Positions 23,483 to 33,119 of a stretch of 56,489 bases of DNA are shown here, in pieces. Positions within the stretch are counted from its first letter, which is position 1; each line of letters begins with the position of its first letter. The position numbers and the translations under genes are program-made. The stretch is from positions 1-56,489 of the forward strand of contig NZ_DASVZH010000041.1 in the NCBI RefSeq assembly GCF_036391795.1. The letters are read 5' to 3'. The notes under the pieces are model-generated. The model saw only the letters and a list, made by a program, of their open reading frames with translations. It searched no databases and was not told the origin of the DNA. This DNA is from Oryzihumus sp. (lineage in GTDB: Bacteria; Actinomycetota; Actinomycetes; Actinomycetales; Dermatophilaceae).

Positions 23483-24286
23483 ATGACGCAGCCATCGGGG
23501 TGGTACGACGACCCCCAGGACCCCAGCAAGCTCCGGTACTGGGACGGAGTGATCTGGACCGACCACGTGACGCCGAAGCAGGCGCCCTCCCTCGAGCAGT
23601 CGACGATCGGCATGCCGCAGCAGGCCACCTGGGGTGAGTCGGGGGCGGCCGGCGACCGGCCGGCATACTCGAGGCCGGCTCCCATGCCGTCCTGGCCGCA
23701 GCAGGGCTACGTCACCCCGCAGGCCACCACGCCCGACGGCGTGCCGCTGTCCGGGTGGTGGAAGCGGGTGCTCGCCCGCATCCTCGACGGCTTCATCACC
23801 TTCTTCATCGCGCTGCCGCTGACCGGCTACTTCTACTACCGGTACTTCCAGGCGGCGCTGCACTACGCCGAGCAGCAGGTCCAGCAGACCCGCAGCGGGT
23901 CCACACCGCCGTCGCCGTTCGTGCTGCCGGCCGAGCTCTACCGGTGGCTCATCCCGATCGCCCTGATCACCGTGCTGGTGGCGGTGGTCTACGAGTACCT
24001 CTTCCTCACCCGCTCCGGCGCCACCGTGGGCAAGAAGGTGGTCGGCATCAGCGTGCGCCTGCGCGAGACGCCGGGCGCCCCGCCAGCCTCGGCCGTCTGG
24101 CGCCGGGTCGGCGTCATCAACGGGCTGCAGCTGCTCAGCTTCGTGCCGCTCCTGGGCAACCTGGCCGGGATCGGGGAGCTGCTCAACTACCTCTGGCCGC
24201 TGTGGGACCCGAACAAGCAGGCGCTGCACGACAAGGCCGCCAGGACCAACGTCGTGGTCGGTCCCCAGCCCAAGCGTCCCCGCTGA
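23483..24286 (+). CDS. RDD family protein with N-terminal DUF2510
   Basis: GWYDDP...LRYWDG..WT; KRVLARILD, GATVGKK, QALHDKAA. Confidence 0.88.
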   Translation: MTQPSGWYDDPQDPSKLRYWDGVIWTDHVTPKQAPSLEQSTIGMPQQATWGESGAAGDRPAYSRPAPMPSWPQQGYVTPQATTPDGVPLSGWWKRVLARILDGFITFFIALPLTGYFYYRYFQAALHYAEQQVQQTRSGSTPPSPFVLPAELYRWLIPIALITVLVAVVYEYLFLTRSGATVGKKVVGISVRLRETPGAPPASAVWRRVGVINGLQLLSFVPLLGNLAGIGELLNYLWPLWDPNKQALHDKAARTNVVVGPQPKRPR

Positions 24287-24292
24287 CCGGTC

Positions 24293-25078
24293 ATGCTGCG
24301 TGATCTGAAGCGGCGCGCCCGCGACGTCGCGGTGCGGGCGGTGGCCGCGGGCACCGCGCCCCTGCGCGAGGACGTGGCGAGCCTGCACTCGCAGCTCGCC
24401 GAGACCCAGCAGCGGCTGGAGCATCTGCGGCACCAGCTGCAGCACGTCGAGCGACGCAACCTGTCGCTGGCCGCCGACCGGATCGCCGTCGAGTCCTCTG
24501 CCGCATGGGCGATGGAGCACATGCCCCGCACGCCAACCTTTCCCGACAAGGCCGCGACCCTGCGCCACGCCATGGCCCAGGCTCCGGCCGAGGGCCTGGT
24601 GCTGGAGTTCGGCGTGTGGACCGGTTCGACGTTGCGGGCCCTGGTGGAGGGGTTCCCCGGCCACGAGGTCTTCGGGTTCGACTCCTTCGAGGGGCTGCCG
24701 GAGGACTGGCGAACGGGCTTCCCCGCGGGCATGTTCGGCGTCGACGGACTGCCTCGGGTGCCCGGCGCCGAGCTCGTCGTCGGCTGGTTCGACCAGACGC
24801 TGCCGGGGTTCCTGGCCGACCATCCGGGGCCGCTCGCGTTCGTGCACGTGGACTGTGACCTGTACTCCTCGACGACCACGGTGCTCGACGCGGTGGGCCC
24901 GCGCCTCGTGCCGGGCACGGTCATCGTCTTCGACGAGTACTTCAACTACCCGGGGTGGCAGGGCGGGGAGCACCGCGCCTGGCAGGAGTATGTCGAGCGG
25001 ACGGGCACGCGGTTCGGCTGGCTCGGCTACACCCTGGAGGACGAGCAGGTGGCGGTGCAGGTCACGTCGGTCGGCTGA
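24293..25078 (+). CDS. TylF/MycF-like class I SAM methyltransferase with N-terminal coiled coil
   Basis: LEFGVWTG, GFDSFEGLPE, HVDCDLYSS, IVFDEY. Confidence 0.85.
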   Translation: MLRDLKRRARDVAVRAVAAGTAPLREDVASLHSQLAETQQRLEHLRHQLQHVERRNLSLAADRIAVESSAAWAMEHMPRTPTFPDKAATLRHAMAQAPAEGLVLEFGVWTGSTLRALVEGFPGHEVFGFDSFEGLPEDWRTGFPAGMFGVDGLPRVPGAELVVGWFDQTLPGFLADHPGPLAFVHVDCDLYSSTTTVLDAVGPRLVPGTVIVFDEYFNYPGWQGGEHRAWQEYVERTGTRFGWLGYTLEDEQVAVQVTSVG

Positions 25079-25108
25079 CCACCGAGGAACCCCACCGAGG
25101 GGGTGTGT

Positions 25109-26335
25109 TCAGCCCTCCAGGGCCGGGCGGATGGTGCCGGTCACCTCGCCGAGGCCGACGCGGGCGCCGTCGGGTCCGGGGGCCCAGCCGGTGATGGTGA
25201 CCGTGTCGCCGTCCTCGAGGAACGCCCGCGTGGTGCCGTCCTCGAGGGTCACCGGCTCCTGGCCGCTCCACGTCAGCTCCAGCAGGCAGCCGCGGGTCTC
25301 CTTCGCCGCGCCGCTGATCGTGCCGGAGCCGAACAGGTCGCCGTCGCGCAGGCTGGCGCCGTTGACGCTGAGGTGCGCCAGCATCTGGGTAGGTGACCAG
25401 TACATGTCGGCGTACTCCGGCCTGCTGACCACGGTGCCGTTGACCCGCACCTCGCAGTGGATGTCGAGGCCGAAGACGCTGGCGCCGTCGCCGCGCAGGT
25501 AGTCCAGCGGCTGCGGGTCCTGCCCGGGCAGCGGCAGGTGGGCGGACTCCAGCGCCGCCATCGGCACCACCCACGCCGAGATGCTCGTGCCGAAGGACTT
25601 TCCGAGGAACGGGCCGAGCGGGACGTACTCCCACGCCTGGATGTCCCGGGCGCTCCAGTCGTTGAGCAGGACCACGCCGAAGAGGTGCCCGGCGGCGTCG
25701 TCGATGTCGACCCGCTCGCCGAGGCCCGTCGCCCCGCCGACGACGAAGCCGAGCTCGGTCTCGATGTCGAGGCGCCGCGACGGGCCGAACGTCGGCGCCG
25801 GGTCGCTCGGGGCCTTGCGCTGCCCGCAGGGTCGCACGATGTCGGTGCCGCTGACCACGACGGTGCCGGAACGGCCGTGGTAGCCGATCGGCAGGTGCTT
25901 CCAGTTCGGCGTCAGCGGCTCGCTGTCCGGCCGGAAGATCCGCCCGACGTTGGAGGCATGGTGCTCGCTGGCGTAGAAGTCGACGTAGTCGGCCACCTCG
26001 AACGGCAGGTGCAGCCTGACCTCGGCGAGCGGCAGCAGGTGCGGCTCGACCGCGTCGCGGTACATCGGGTCGGTGAGCACCTCGACCAGCCAGGCGCGCG
26101 CCGCGGCCCAGGCGTGGTGTCCGCGCGAGAGGAAGTCGTTGAGGCTCGGCTGGTCCCAGCACACGCCGGACTCCATGCCGGCCCGCTCGGCCGCCGCGGC
26201 CGCGTCGAGGACGTGGTCGGCGACGCGCACGCCCACGCGCCGGCGCGGGTCGGTCGCCGTGGAGAACACGCCGTAGGGCAGCGTGGCCAGCCCGAAGGGG
26301 TGGTCGGCGGGCAGGTCGAGCCAGCTGTTCGTCAT
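25109..26335 (-). CDS. fahA: Fumarylacetoacetase
   Basis: LPYGVFS, DYVDFYAS..HASNVG, PIGYHGRS, LDIETELG, NDWSARDIQ.WEYVPLGPF, GSGTISG. Confidence 0.95.
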   Translation of the reverse strand: MTNSWLDLPADHPFGLATLPYGVFSTATDPRRRVGVRVADHVLDAAAAAERAGMESGVCWDQPSLNDFLSRGHHAWAAARAWLVEVLTDPMYRDAVEPHLLPLAEVRLHLPFEVADYVDFYASEHHASNVGRIFRPDSEPLTPNWKHLPIGYHGRSGTVVVSGTDIVRPCGQRKAPSDPAPTFGPSRRLDIETELGFVVGGATGLGERVDIDDAAGHLFGVVLLNDWSARDIQAWEYVPLGPFLGKSFGTSISAWVVPMAALESAHLPLPGQDPQPLDYLRGDGASVFGLDIHCEVRVNGTVVSRPEYADMYWSPTQMLAHLSVNGASLRDGDLFGSGTISGAAKETRGCLLELTWSGQEPVTLEDGTTRAFLEDGDTVTITGWAPGPDGARVGLGEVTGTIRPALEG

Positions 26336-27225
26336 ACCGTTGTCTCCTCGATCAGTCCCAGCGTGGACAGCTCACCGATGGGGTCCATCACCCCGCAGCA
26401 GCCGTATGCCGTGAAGAAGGCCCGCGTGATGCTCGCGTCGGCGATGCTCATGCGGCTGACCGCTTCGAGCACGGGCTCTGGATCCTGTTCTGCCAGAAGG
26501 GGTTCGAGCTCGTCGACCTCGGCACCGTTGAGGGCCCAGCGGACGGCGTGCAGCACGTTGAGGAAGCCGAACTGCTGCTCCCCGTCGTGGGTGCCGGTCA
26601 CGGCATGGTGCAGACCGCCGGTGAGCTTGAAGCCGAGGTCGGCGTCGATGCAGGCCCGGACGAAGCCGGCCAGCTCATGCGGTGCCGGCACGTCCGTGGT
26701 GGCGGTGGCGCCGGTGCGGAACTTGGCCTGCACGCCCTCGCGACCACCCGCGTGGGCGGCCACGTCGCGCAGCGCCTTCGCCTGCTGCGTGCCCCGCGGG
26801 ACCTCGACCGAGACGGGCAGCTGCCAGTCCAGGGCGAGCTCCCAGCCGGGGGACCAGCCGACCTCGACGCCGGCGACCTCGACGCGCCCGTCCTGGCTCA
26901 ACCGGGACAGCGCCTCGCCGACCGCGGCCACCGCGACACCCGGCCGGCCGATGAGCGCGACGGTCAGGGCCGGGCCGGAGCGGCCGGACGGGCCGGGCAG
27001 CGGCAGGGTCAGCAGCTCCTCGGCGGCGGACGCGGGCACGAGCAGGGGGCCGACCAGGTCGGCCACGTCGGCGGTGCGGCGGGCCAGGTGGTCCCCGACT
27101 GCCCGGGGCAGCGGTGCCAGGCCCGGCGGGAACACCGCGGCGTCGTCGAACAGCCTTGTGAACAGGGCGCGTTCGGCCGGCTGGGACACTCGGGGGGAGC
27201 CCGGCCCGTCGGGTCTGGTTGACAT
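26332..27225 (-). CDS. Hypothetical protein translationally coupled to fahA
   Basis: ATGA overlap with fahA; motifs FDDAAVFPPG, AKFRTG, FKLTGGLHHAV, GFLNV, YGCC. Confidence 0.8.
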   Translation of the reverse strand: MSTRPDGPGSPRVSQPAERALFTRLFDDAAVFPPGLAPLPRAVGDHLARRTADVADLVGPLLVPASAAEELLTLPLPGPSGRSGPALTVALIGRPGVAVAAVGEALSRLSQDGRVEVAGVEVGWSPGWELALDWQLPVSVEVPRGTQQAKALRDVAAHAGGREGVQAKFRTGATATTDVPAPHELAGFVRACIDADLGFKLTGGLHHAVTGTHDGEQQFGFLNVLHAVRWALNGAEVDELEPLLAEQDPEPVLEAVSRMSIADASITRAFFTAYGCCGVMDPIGELSTLGLIEETTV

Positions 27226-27313
27226 GGTGGGCAGGCTACTGGACAGTGCTTGAAGAGGTACACCCGCGTCCGCTCACAGGACGCGCAGGGCATCCGGCGG
27301 GAGACGAAGAGCG

Positions 27314-28606
27314 ATGGCGCACTACCAGCTGCGGGGCACCGTGCCCCCGAAGCGGCACACCCAGCACCGTACGCCGGAGGGCGGGCTCTACTACGAGGAG
27401 CTGATGGGCGAGGAGGGCTTCTCCTCCGACTCCTCGCTGCTCTACCACCGCGGGCTGCCCTCGGCGATCCAGGACGTGCGCGAGTGGGACCTCGGCGACC
27501 AGGCCACGACGCCCAACCAACCGCTGCTGCCGCGCCACCTCAAGCTCCACGACCTGTTCACGGGGCAGGACCCGCGGGGCGACCACCACGGTGTCGACGT
27601 CGTCACCGGCCGTCGCCTGGTCCTGGGCAACGGCGACGTGCGTATCTCCTACGTCGTCGCCGACACGCCGAGTCCGTTCTACCGCAACGGAATCGGCGAC
27701 GAGTGCGTCTACGTCGAGCGTGGCGCGGCGCGCGTCGAGACCGTCTTCGGTGCGTTCGAGGTGGCCACCGGGGACTACCTGGTCATCCCGCGGGCGACCA
27801 CCCACCGGTGGATCCCGCGCGTCGAGGGCGACGAGGGCTGGACCGAGCCGTTGCGGGCCTACTGCATCGAGGCCAACTCCCACATCACCCCGCCCAGGCG
27901 CTACCTGTCGCGCTTCGGCCAGCTGCTCGAGCACGCCCCGTACTGCGAGCGCGACCTGCGCACCCCCAAGGGCCCCCTGCTGGCCGAGGACATCGGCGCG
28001 GACCGGGAGGCGCCCACCGAGGTCTACATCAAGCACCGCGGCAACGGCCCCGGTGGTCTCGTCGGCACGGTCTACACCTACCCCTACCACCCGCTCGACG
28101 TCGTGGGCTGGGACGGCTGCCTGTACCCCTACGCCTTCAACGTCAGCGACTTCGAGCCGATCACCGGCCGGGTGCACCAGCCGCCGCCGGTGCACCAGGT
28201 CTTCGAAGGGCACAACTTCGTCATCTGCAACTTCGTGCCCCGCAAGGTCGACTACCACCCGCTGTCGATCCCGGTGCCCTACTACCACTCCAACGTCGAC
28301 AGCGACGAGGTCATGTTCTACGTCGACGGCGACTACGAGGCGCGCAAGGGCTCCGGCATCGGCAAGGGCTCGATCTCGCTGCACCCGGGCGGCCACGCCC
28401 ACGGCCCGCAGCCGGGGGCCTACGAGCGCTCGATCGGCGTGGAGTTCTTCGACGAGCTCGCCGTCATGGTCGACACGTTCCGGCCGCTGGAGCTGGGGGA
28501 GGCCGGACGCGCGGTCGACGACGGCGCGTACGCCTGGACCTGGACCGGAGGCCGGGCTGGCGGCTCGGCCACCAACGGCGACCAGGGCGTCGACGGCGCC
28601 GGCTGA
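27314..28606 (+). CDS. hmgA: Homogentisate 1,2-dioxygenase
   Basis: EELMGEEGFS, HPLDVVGWDG, VPYYHSNVDSDE and HPGGHAHGP iron ligands. Confidence 0.93.
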   Translation: MAHYQLRGTVPPKRHTQHRTPEGGLYYEELMGEEGFSSDSSLLYHRGLPSAIQDVREWDLGDQATTPNQPLLPRHLKLHDLFTGQDPRGDHHGVDVVTGRRLVLGNGDVRISYVVADTPSPFYRNGIGDECVYVERGAARVETVFGAFEVATGDYLVIPRATTHRWIPRVEGDEGWTEPLRAYCIEANSHITPPRRYLSRFGQLLEHAPYCERDLRTPKGPLLAEDIGADREAPTEVYIKHRGNGPGGLVGTVYTYPYHPLDVVGWDGCLYPYAFNVSDFEPITGRVHQPPPVHQVFEGHNFVICNFVPRKVDYHPLSIPVPYYHSNVDSDEVMFYVDGDYEARKGSGIGKGSISLHPGGHAHGPQPGAYERSIGVEFFDELAVMVDTFRPLELGEAGRAVDDGAYAWTWTGGRAGGSATNGDQGVDGAG

Positions 28607-28770
28607 CCCCGCCAGCCCACTCGACCGTCCCAGTTGGGTATGACGGTTGCCAATTTGTTGTCCTTCGTCCCGCTATCGGTCGCTTTGCGCGGCTAGTCTG
28701 CGCCGGGGCTCAGGGGAGCCCACCCGCGGTGATCCCGCGGCAGACAGGCGCAGACGACGCTGGAGGCGGC

Positions 28771-30681
28771 GTGACGAACAACGAGGGCATCAACCAGGAA
28801 GCCGCGACCGGCGACACCACCCCGGCGCAGCGGTCCCGCCGTGAGCTGCTGGCCATGGCCGCGGTGGGTGCCGCGGGGGCCGGGGTCGCAGCGATCGCCG
28901 GCGGCGCACCGGCATACGCCGCAGGCACGGCCACTCCCCGCGGCCCCAAGACCCACCGGCTGACCGTGCTGGGCACCACCGACACCCACGGCAACGTGTT
29001 CAACTGGGACTACTTCAAGGACGCGGAGTACGACGACAAGCCGCACAACGACATCGGCCTGGCGAAGATCTCCACCCTAGTCACCGCGATGCGTGAGGAG
29101 CGGGGCCGGAACAACTGCCTGACCCTGGATGCCGGCGACACGATCCAGGGCACGCCGCTGAGCTACTACTACGCCAAGATCGACCCGATCACCAAGGGCG
29201 CCATCCACCCGATGGCCGCGGCGATGAACGTCATCGGCTACGACGCCGCCGCCCTGGGCAACCACGAGTTCAACTACGGCCTGGACACCCTGCGGGCGTT
29301 CCAGAAGCAGCTGCACTTCCCGCTGCTCGGGGCCAACGCGCTGGACTGGGACACCGGCGCGCCGACGTTCCCGCCGTTCGTCATCAAGACGATGCACCTC
29401 GACGGTGGCCACGAGGTCCGCGTCGGCATCCTCGGCCTGGTCACCCCGGGCGTGGCGATCTGGGACAAGGCCAACGTCGAGGGCAAGGTGAGGTTCCAGG
29501 GCATCGTCGAGCAGGCCAAGGTCTTCGTGCCCCGCCTGCGCCGGGCCGGCGCCGACGTCGTCATCGTGTCCTGCCACTCCGGTGCCACGACCTCCAGCTC
29601 CTACGGCGACGCGCTGCCCTGGCCCGAGAACGCCAGCTCGCTGCTCGCCGAGCAGGTCCCGGGCATCGACGCGATCCTCGTCGGGCACGCGCACCTGGAG
29701 ATCCCCGAGCGCTTCGTGCAGAACACCGCCACCGGCCAGCAGGTGCTGCTCGTCGAGCCGCTGAAGTGGGGCATGCGCCTGGCCGTCATGGACCTCGACC
29801 TGGTCAAGGAGCGCGGCTGCTGGAAGGTCGCCGCCGCCCACTCCCACCTGCTCGACGCCAACACGGTGCCGGAGGACGCGCGTGTGACGCAGCTGCTGTC
29901 CCAGGACCACGAGACGGTGCGGTCCTACGTCAACTCCGTCATCGGCACCTCGACCCGGGCGATGTCCTGCGCCACGTCGCGGTTCGAGGACACGGCTGCG
30001 ATCGACCTGATCAACTACGTCCAGGCCGACGCGGTGAGGAAGGCCCTCGCCGGGACCGCCGACGCCGCCCTGCCGGTGCTGTCCATCGCCGCGCCGTTCA
30101 ACCCCGACGCGGCGATCCCCGCCGGCAACGTGACGGTGCGCGACGTGGCCGGGCTGTACGTCTACGACAACACGCTGCTGGGCATCAAGCTCACCGGCGC
30201 GCAGGTCAAGGACTACCTGGAGTGGTCGGCCACCTACTTCCAGCAGGTCAGCGGCACCGGGCCGTTCACCCCGGACCAGGTCACCAACGCCAAGACGGCG
30301 CTGGCGCCCAACGGCACGCCGGACTACAACTACGACATCATGGCCGGCCTCGAGGCCCCGCTGACCTACGACATCGACATCGCCAAGGCGCCGGGCTCGC
30401 GCATCGCCAACCTCGCCTACGCCGGCGCGCCGGTCGACCCGGCGGCGACGTTCGTCATCGCGATCAACAACTACCGCCAGTCCGGCGGTGGCAACTTCCC
30501 GGGTGTCACCTCGGCGCCGGTCGTCTACAACGCCCAGGCCGAGATCCGCCAGCTGATCATCGACTGGGTCACCGCGACCAGGACGATCGACCCGGCGACG
30601 TTCTCCACCTACGACTGGAAGCTCGTCAGCAACGGCGCGCCGGTCACCATCGAGGGTGCCTCCGAGGGCGGCCGCCACTAG
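28771..30681 (+). CDS. Tat-exported bifunctional 2',3'-cyclic phosphodiesterase/5'-nucleotidase
   Basis: SRRELL twin-arginine signal; TTDTHG, DAGDTIQG, GNHEFN, VGHAH, NNYR; GGAGG RBS. Confidence 0.92.
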   Translation: MTNNEGINQEAATGDTTPAQRSRRELLAMAAVGAAGAGVAAIAGGAPAYAAGTATPRGPKTHRLTVLGTTDTHGNVFNWDYFKDAEYDDKPHNDIGLAKISTLVTAMREERGRNNCLTLDAGDTIQGTPLSYYYAKIDPITKGAIHPMAAAMNVIGYDAAALGNHEFNYGLDTLRAFQKQLHFPLLGANALDWDTGAPTFPPFVIKTMHLDGGHEVRVGILGLVTPGVAIWDKANVEGKVRFQGIVEQAKVFVPRLRRAGADVVIVSCHSGATTSSSYGDALPWPENASSLLAEQVPGIDAILVGHAHLEIPERFVQNTATGQQVLLVEPLKWGMRLAVMDLDLVKERGCWKVAAAHSHLLDANTVPEDARVTQLLSQDHETVRSYVNSVIGTSTRAMSCATSRFEDTAAIDLINYVQADAVRKALAGTADAALPVLSIAAPFNPDAAIPAGNVTVRDVAGLYVYDNTLLGIKLTGAQVKDYLEWSATYFQQVSGTGPFTPDQVTNAKTALAPNGTPDYNYDIMAGLEAPLTYDIDIAKAPGSRIANLAYAGAPVDPAATFVIAINNYRQSGGGNFPGVTSAPVVYNAQAEIRQLIIDWVTATRTIDPATFSTYDWKLVSNGAPVTIEGASEGGRH

Positions 30682-30704
30682 GTCAGGCAGACACCCCGGT
30701 ATGC

Positions 30705-30740
30705 CGTGGGGCCGGCTCGCGCACGCGGGCCGGCCCCACG
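30705..30740 (+). terminator. 16-bp stem hairpin after the nucleotidase gene
   Basis: CGTGGGGCCGGCTCGC-GCAC-GCGGGCCGGCCCCACG. Confidence 0.65.
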
Positions 30741-30798
30741 CGTGTGACGCGAACCGGTTTCCCGGCGCCGGGCACCGCCGATGCGCGAGAGTGGGCGC

Positions 30799-32028
30799 GT
30801 GCGCACCGTGACCGCTGACCTCATCGCCTCGGCCGCAGCCCGTGCCGGCAGGGAGCCCCGTGTCGTGACCAGTGGCAACGCGGCCGTGCCGTGGCGCCTG
30901 CTCCAGATGCTCGATGAGTCCGTCGAGCGCTACCGGCTGCACCAGCTGAACGCGCCGCACGGCATACCGGCCCGTGAGGGGGTCGTCCACGAGACCTGCT
31001 TCGTCGGCGCGGGGATGCGTCGCAGCCCGCGCCTGTCCTACGTGCCGGCGCGGCTCTCGCAGGTGCCGCTGCTCTACGGCCAGACGCTGCGCCCCGACAT
31101 CGTGCTGGTGCACACCTCCGCCCCGCACGGCGGCCGGGTCTCGCTGGGCATCTCGGTCAACGTGCTCCCGGCGGCCATCGAGGCGGCGAAGGCGCGCGGC
31201 GGCGTCGTCCTCGCCCAGGTGAACCGGGAGATGCCCTACACCTTCGGCGACGGGGAGCTCGACCTCGACCTGTTCGACGGGGTCCTGGAGACCGACGAGC
31301 TGCCCGGACCGCCTCACCCGCTGTCCACACCCGATGACGCGGCGTGCCGGATCGGCGAGCTGGTCGCGGCCCGCATCGGCGACGGCGCCACGCTGCAGAT
31401 GGGCATCGGCGAGGTGCCCGATGCGGTGCTGCCCGGACTGGTCAGCCGGCGGGGCCTGCGGGTGTGGAGCGAGATGTTCAGCGACGGGGTCCTGGCACTG
31501 GACCGGGCCGGAGCGCTCGACGCCGACCAGCCGCTCATCGCCTCGTTCGCGATCGGCTCCCCGGAGCTCTACGCCTGGATGGACCGCAACCCGCGGGTGC
31601 GGCTGCTGCGCACCGAGGTGACCAACTCCCCGGCGCGGATCGCGGCGAACCCGGCCATGACGAGCATCAACACCGCGCTGCAGGTCGACCTGTTCGGCCA
31701 GGCCAACGCCTCCCGCATCAATGCGCGGATCCACTCCGGCTTCGGTGGGCAGACCGACTTCGTCGTGGGTGCGCTGCACTCACCTGGGGGCCAGGCGTTG
31801 ATGGCGTTGCGCTCGTGGCACCGCAAGGCCGATGTCTCCACGATCGTCGCGATGGTCGAGGAACCGGTGACGTCGTTCCAGCACACCGCGGTGGTCACCG
31901 AGCAGGGCACGGCCCAGATCTTCGGCGTCGACGAGCGCACCCAGGCCGCTCACCTCATCGACCACGCCGCCAACCCCTCGGTCCGCGACGAGCTGCGCGA
32001 GGAGGCCGTCGCGCTCGGGCTGGCCTGA
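30799..32028 (+). CDS. Acetyl-CoA hydrolase/transferase family protein (4-hydroxybutyrate CoA-transferase-like)
   Basis: LQMGIGEVP, SEMFSDG, SINTALQVDLFGQ, GFGGQTDF, VVTEQG. Confidence 0.9.
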   Translation: MRTVTADLIASAAARAGREPRVVTSGNAAVPWRLLQMLDESVERYRLHQLNAPHGIPAREGVVHETCFVGAGMRRSPRLSYVPARLSQVPLLYGQTLRPDIVLVHTSAPHGGRVSLGISVNVLPAAIEAAKARGGVVLAQVNREMPYTFGDGELDLDLFDGVLETDELPGPPHPLSTPDDAACRIGELVAARIGDGATLQMGIGEVPDAVLPGLVSRRGLRVWSEMFSDGVLALDRAGALDADQPLIASFAIGSPELYAWMDRNPRVRLLRTEVTNSPARIAANPAMTSINTALQVDLFGQANASRINARIHSGFGGQTDFVVGALHSPGGQALMALRSWHRKADVSTIVAMVEEPVTSFQHTAVVTEQGTAQIFGVDERTQAAHLIDHAANPSVRDELREEAVALGLA

Positions 32029-32041
32029 GGCGGCCTTCGGC

Positions 32042-32389
32042 TCAGGAGACGCGGCGGTCGTAGACCTTGCCGCCGGCGAAGAGGACCGCCAGGACGATGC
32101 CGAACACCAGGTAGCCGTAGACGAGCAGCCCGACGACCGTGACGCCGAAGATCAGGACCTCGACGATGGTGCGCGCCGGCTGGCCGAGGTGACGGGGCGC
32201 GCGCGGCGCGATGAACGTGCCCCAGATCACCGCGGCCGCCAGGGGCAGCGCGATGCCGGCCACGATCGAGAGCACCAGGCTGTCGAACATCGCCGCGCCG
32301 ATGAAGGCCAGGGCGGCCAGGAGCACGAGCTCGCTGAGGAAGCGCACGCCGGCCAGCAGGCCGATGCCGGGGATCTGCTCCCGGGTCAC
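32042..32389 (-). CDS. YrdB/DUF2568-like membrane protein
   Basis: RFLSEL...WGTFIAPRA, 4 TM segments; GTGA overlap with pncA. Confidence 0.8.
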   Translation of the reverse strand: MTREQIPGIGLLAGVRFLSELVLLAALAFIGAAMFDSLVLSIVAGIALPLAAAVIWGTFIAPRAPRHLGQPARTIVEVLIFGVTVVGLLVYGYLVFGIVLAVLFAGGKVYDRRVS

Positions 32390-33009
32390 GAGACCTCCTC
32401 GGTCGTGCCGAGCACCGGCGCCCCGACCAGGTCCACCCCGGCCGCGCGCAGCTGCTCCAGCGCCGCGGCGGTGGTCGCGGGGGCCACACCCGCGGTGAGG
32501 TCGAGCAGCACGCGGGTGTCGAAGCCCTCGTCGACGGCGTCGAGCGCGGTGGCGCGTACGCAGTGGTCGGTGGCGATGCCGGCGATGTCGACCGACTCGA
32601 TCGCCCGGTCGCGCAGCCAGTCGCCCAGACCAGCCCGGTGGTCGGCGGACTCCACGGTGGTGCCCTCGAACCCGCTGTAGGCCGCCGCGTGCTGGCCCTT
32701 GCGGAAGATTGCCTCGACGTGCTCGAACGCCTGCTCCGCACCCGGGTGGAACAGCGCGCCGTCGCTGCCGACGCGGCAGTGCGCCGGCCAGCTCTCGACG
32801 AAGTCGGGGTGGTCGGAGAAGTGGGCGCCGGGGTCCTCGTGCCAGTCGGCTGTCGCGACGATCGCGCCGTAGTCGTCGGCATGGGCGACGACGTGCTCGC
32901 TGATGCGGCGGGCCACGTCGGCGCCGCCGGACACGGGCAGCGAGCCGCCCTCGCAGAAGTCGTTCTGCACGTCGACCAGGATCAACGCGCGCGACAGGTC
33001 CGCACTCAT
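32386..33009 (-). CDS. pncA: Nicotinamidase/pyrazinamidase
   Basis: [33 protein letters not shown]. Confidence 0.93.
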   Translation of the reverse strand: MSADLSRALILVDVQNDFCEGGSLPVSGGADVARRISEHVVAHADDYGAIVATADWHEDPGAHFSDHPDFVESWPAHCRVGSDGALFHPGAEQAFEHVEAIFRKGQHAAAYSGFEGTTVESADHRAGLGDWLRDRAIESVDIAGIATDHCVRATALDAVDEGFDTRVLLDLTAGVAPATTAAALEQLRAAGVDLVGAPVLGTTEEVS

Positions 33010-33119
33010 GCGGAAACGCTAACCCGGCAACCGGACGTGACGTGTCAGGTAGCGGGCAACGACACGCAGGGCGACCGATGACGACGCTGCACGGCCCGCT
33101 GACGGCGGGGACGTCGGGC

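Noticed and set aside
27250-30681. Apparent 1143-aa fusion, and similar long N-terminal extensions (1936.., 7636.., 33042.., ..35348)
   Set aside because: These are stop-free off-frames of GC-rich DNA running over neighbouring genes; the real starts have an RBS or -10 box further downstream.
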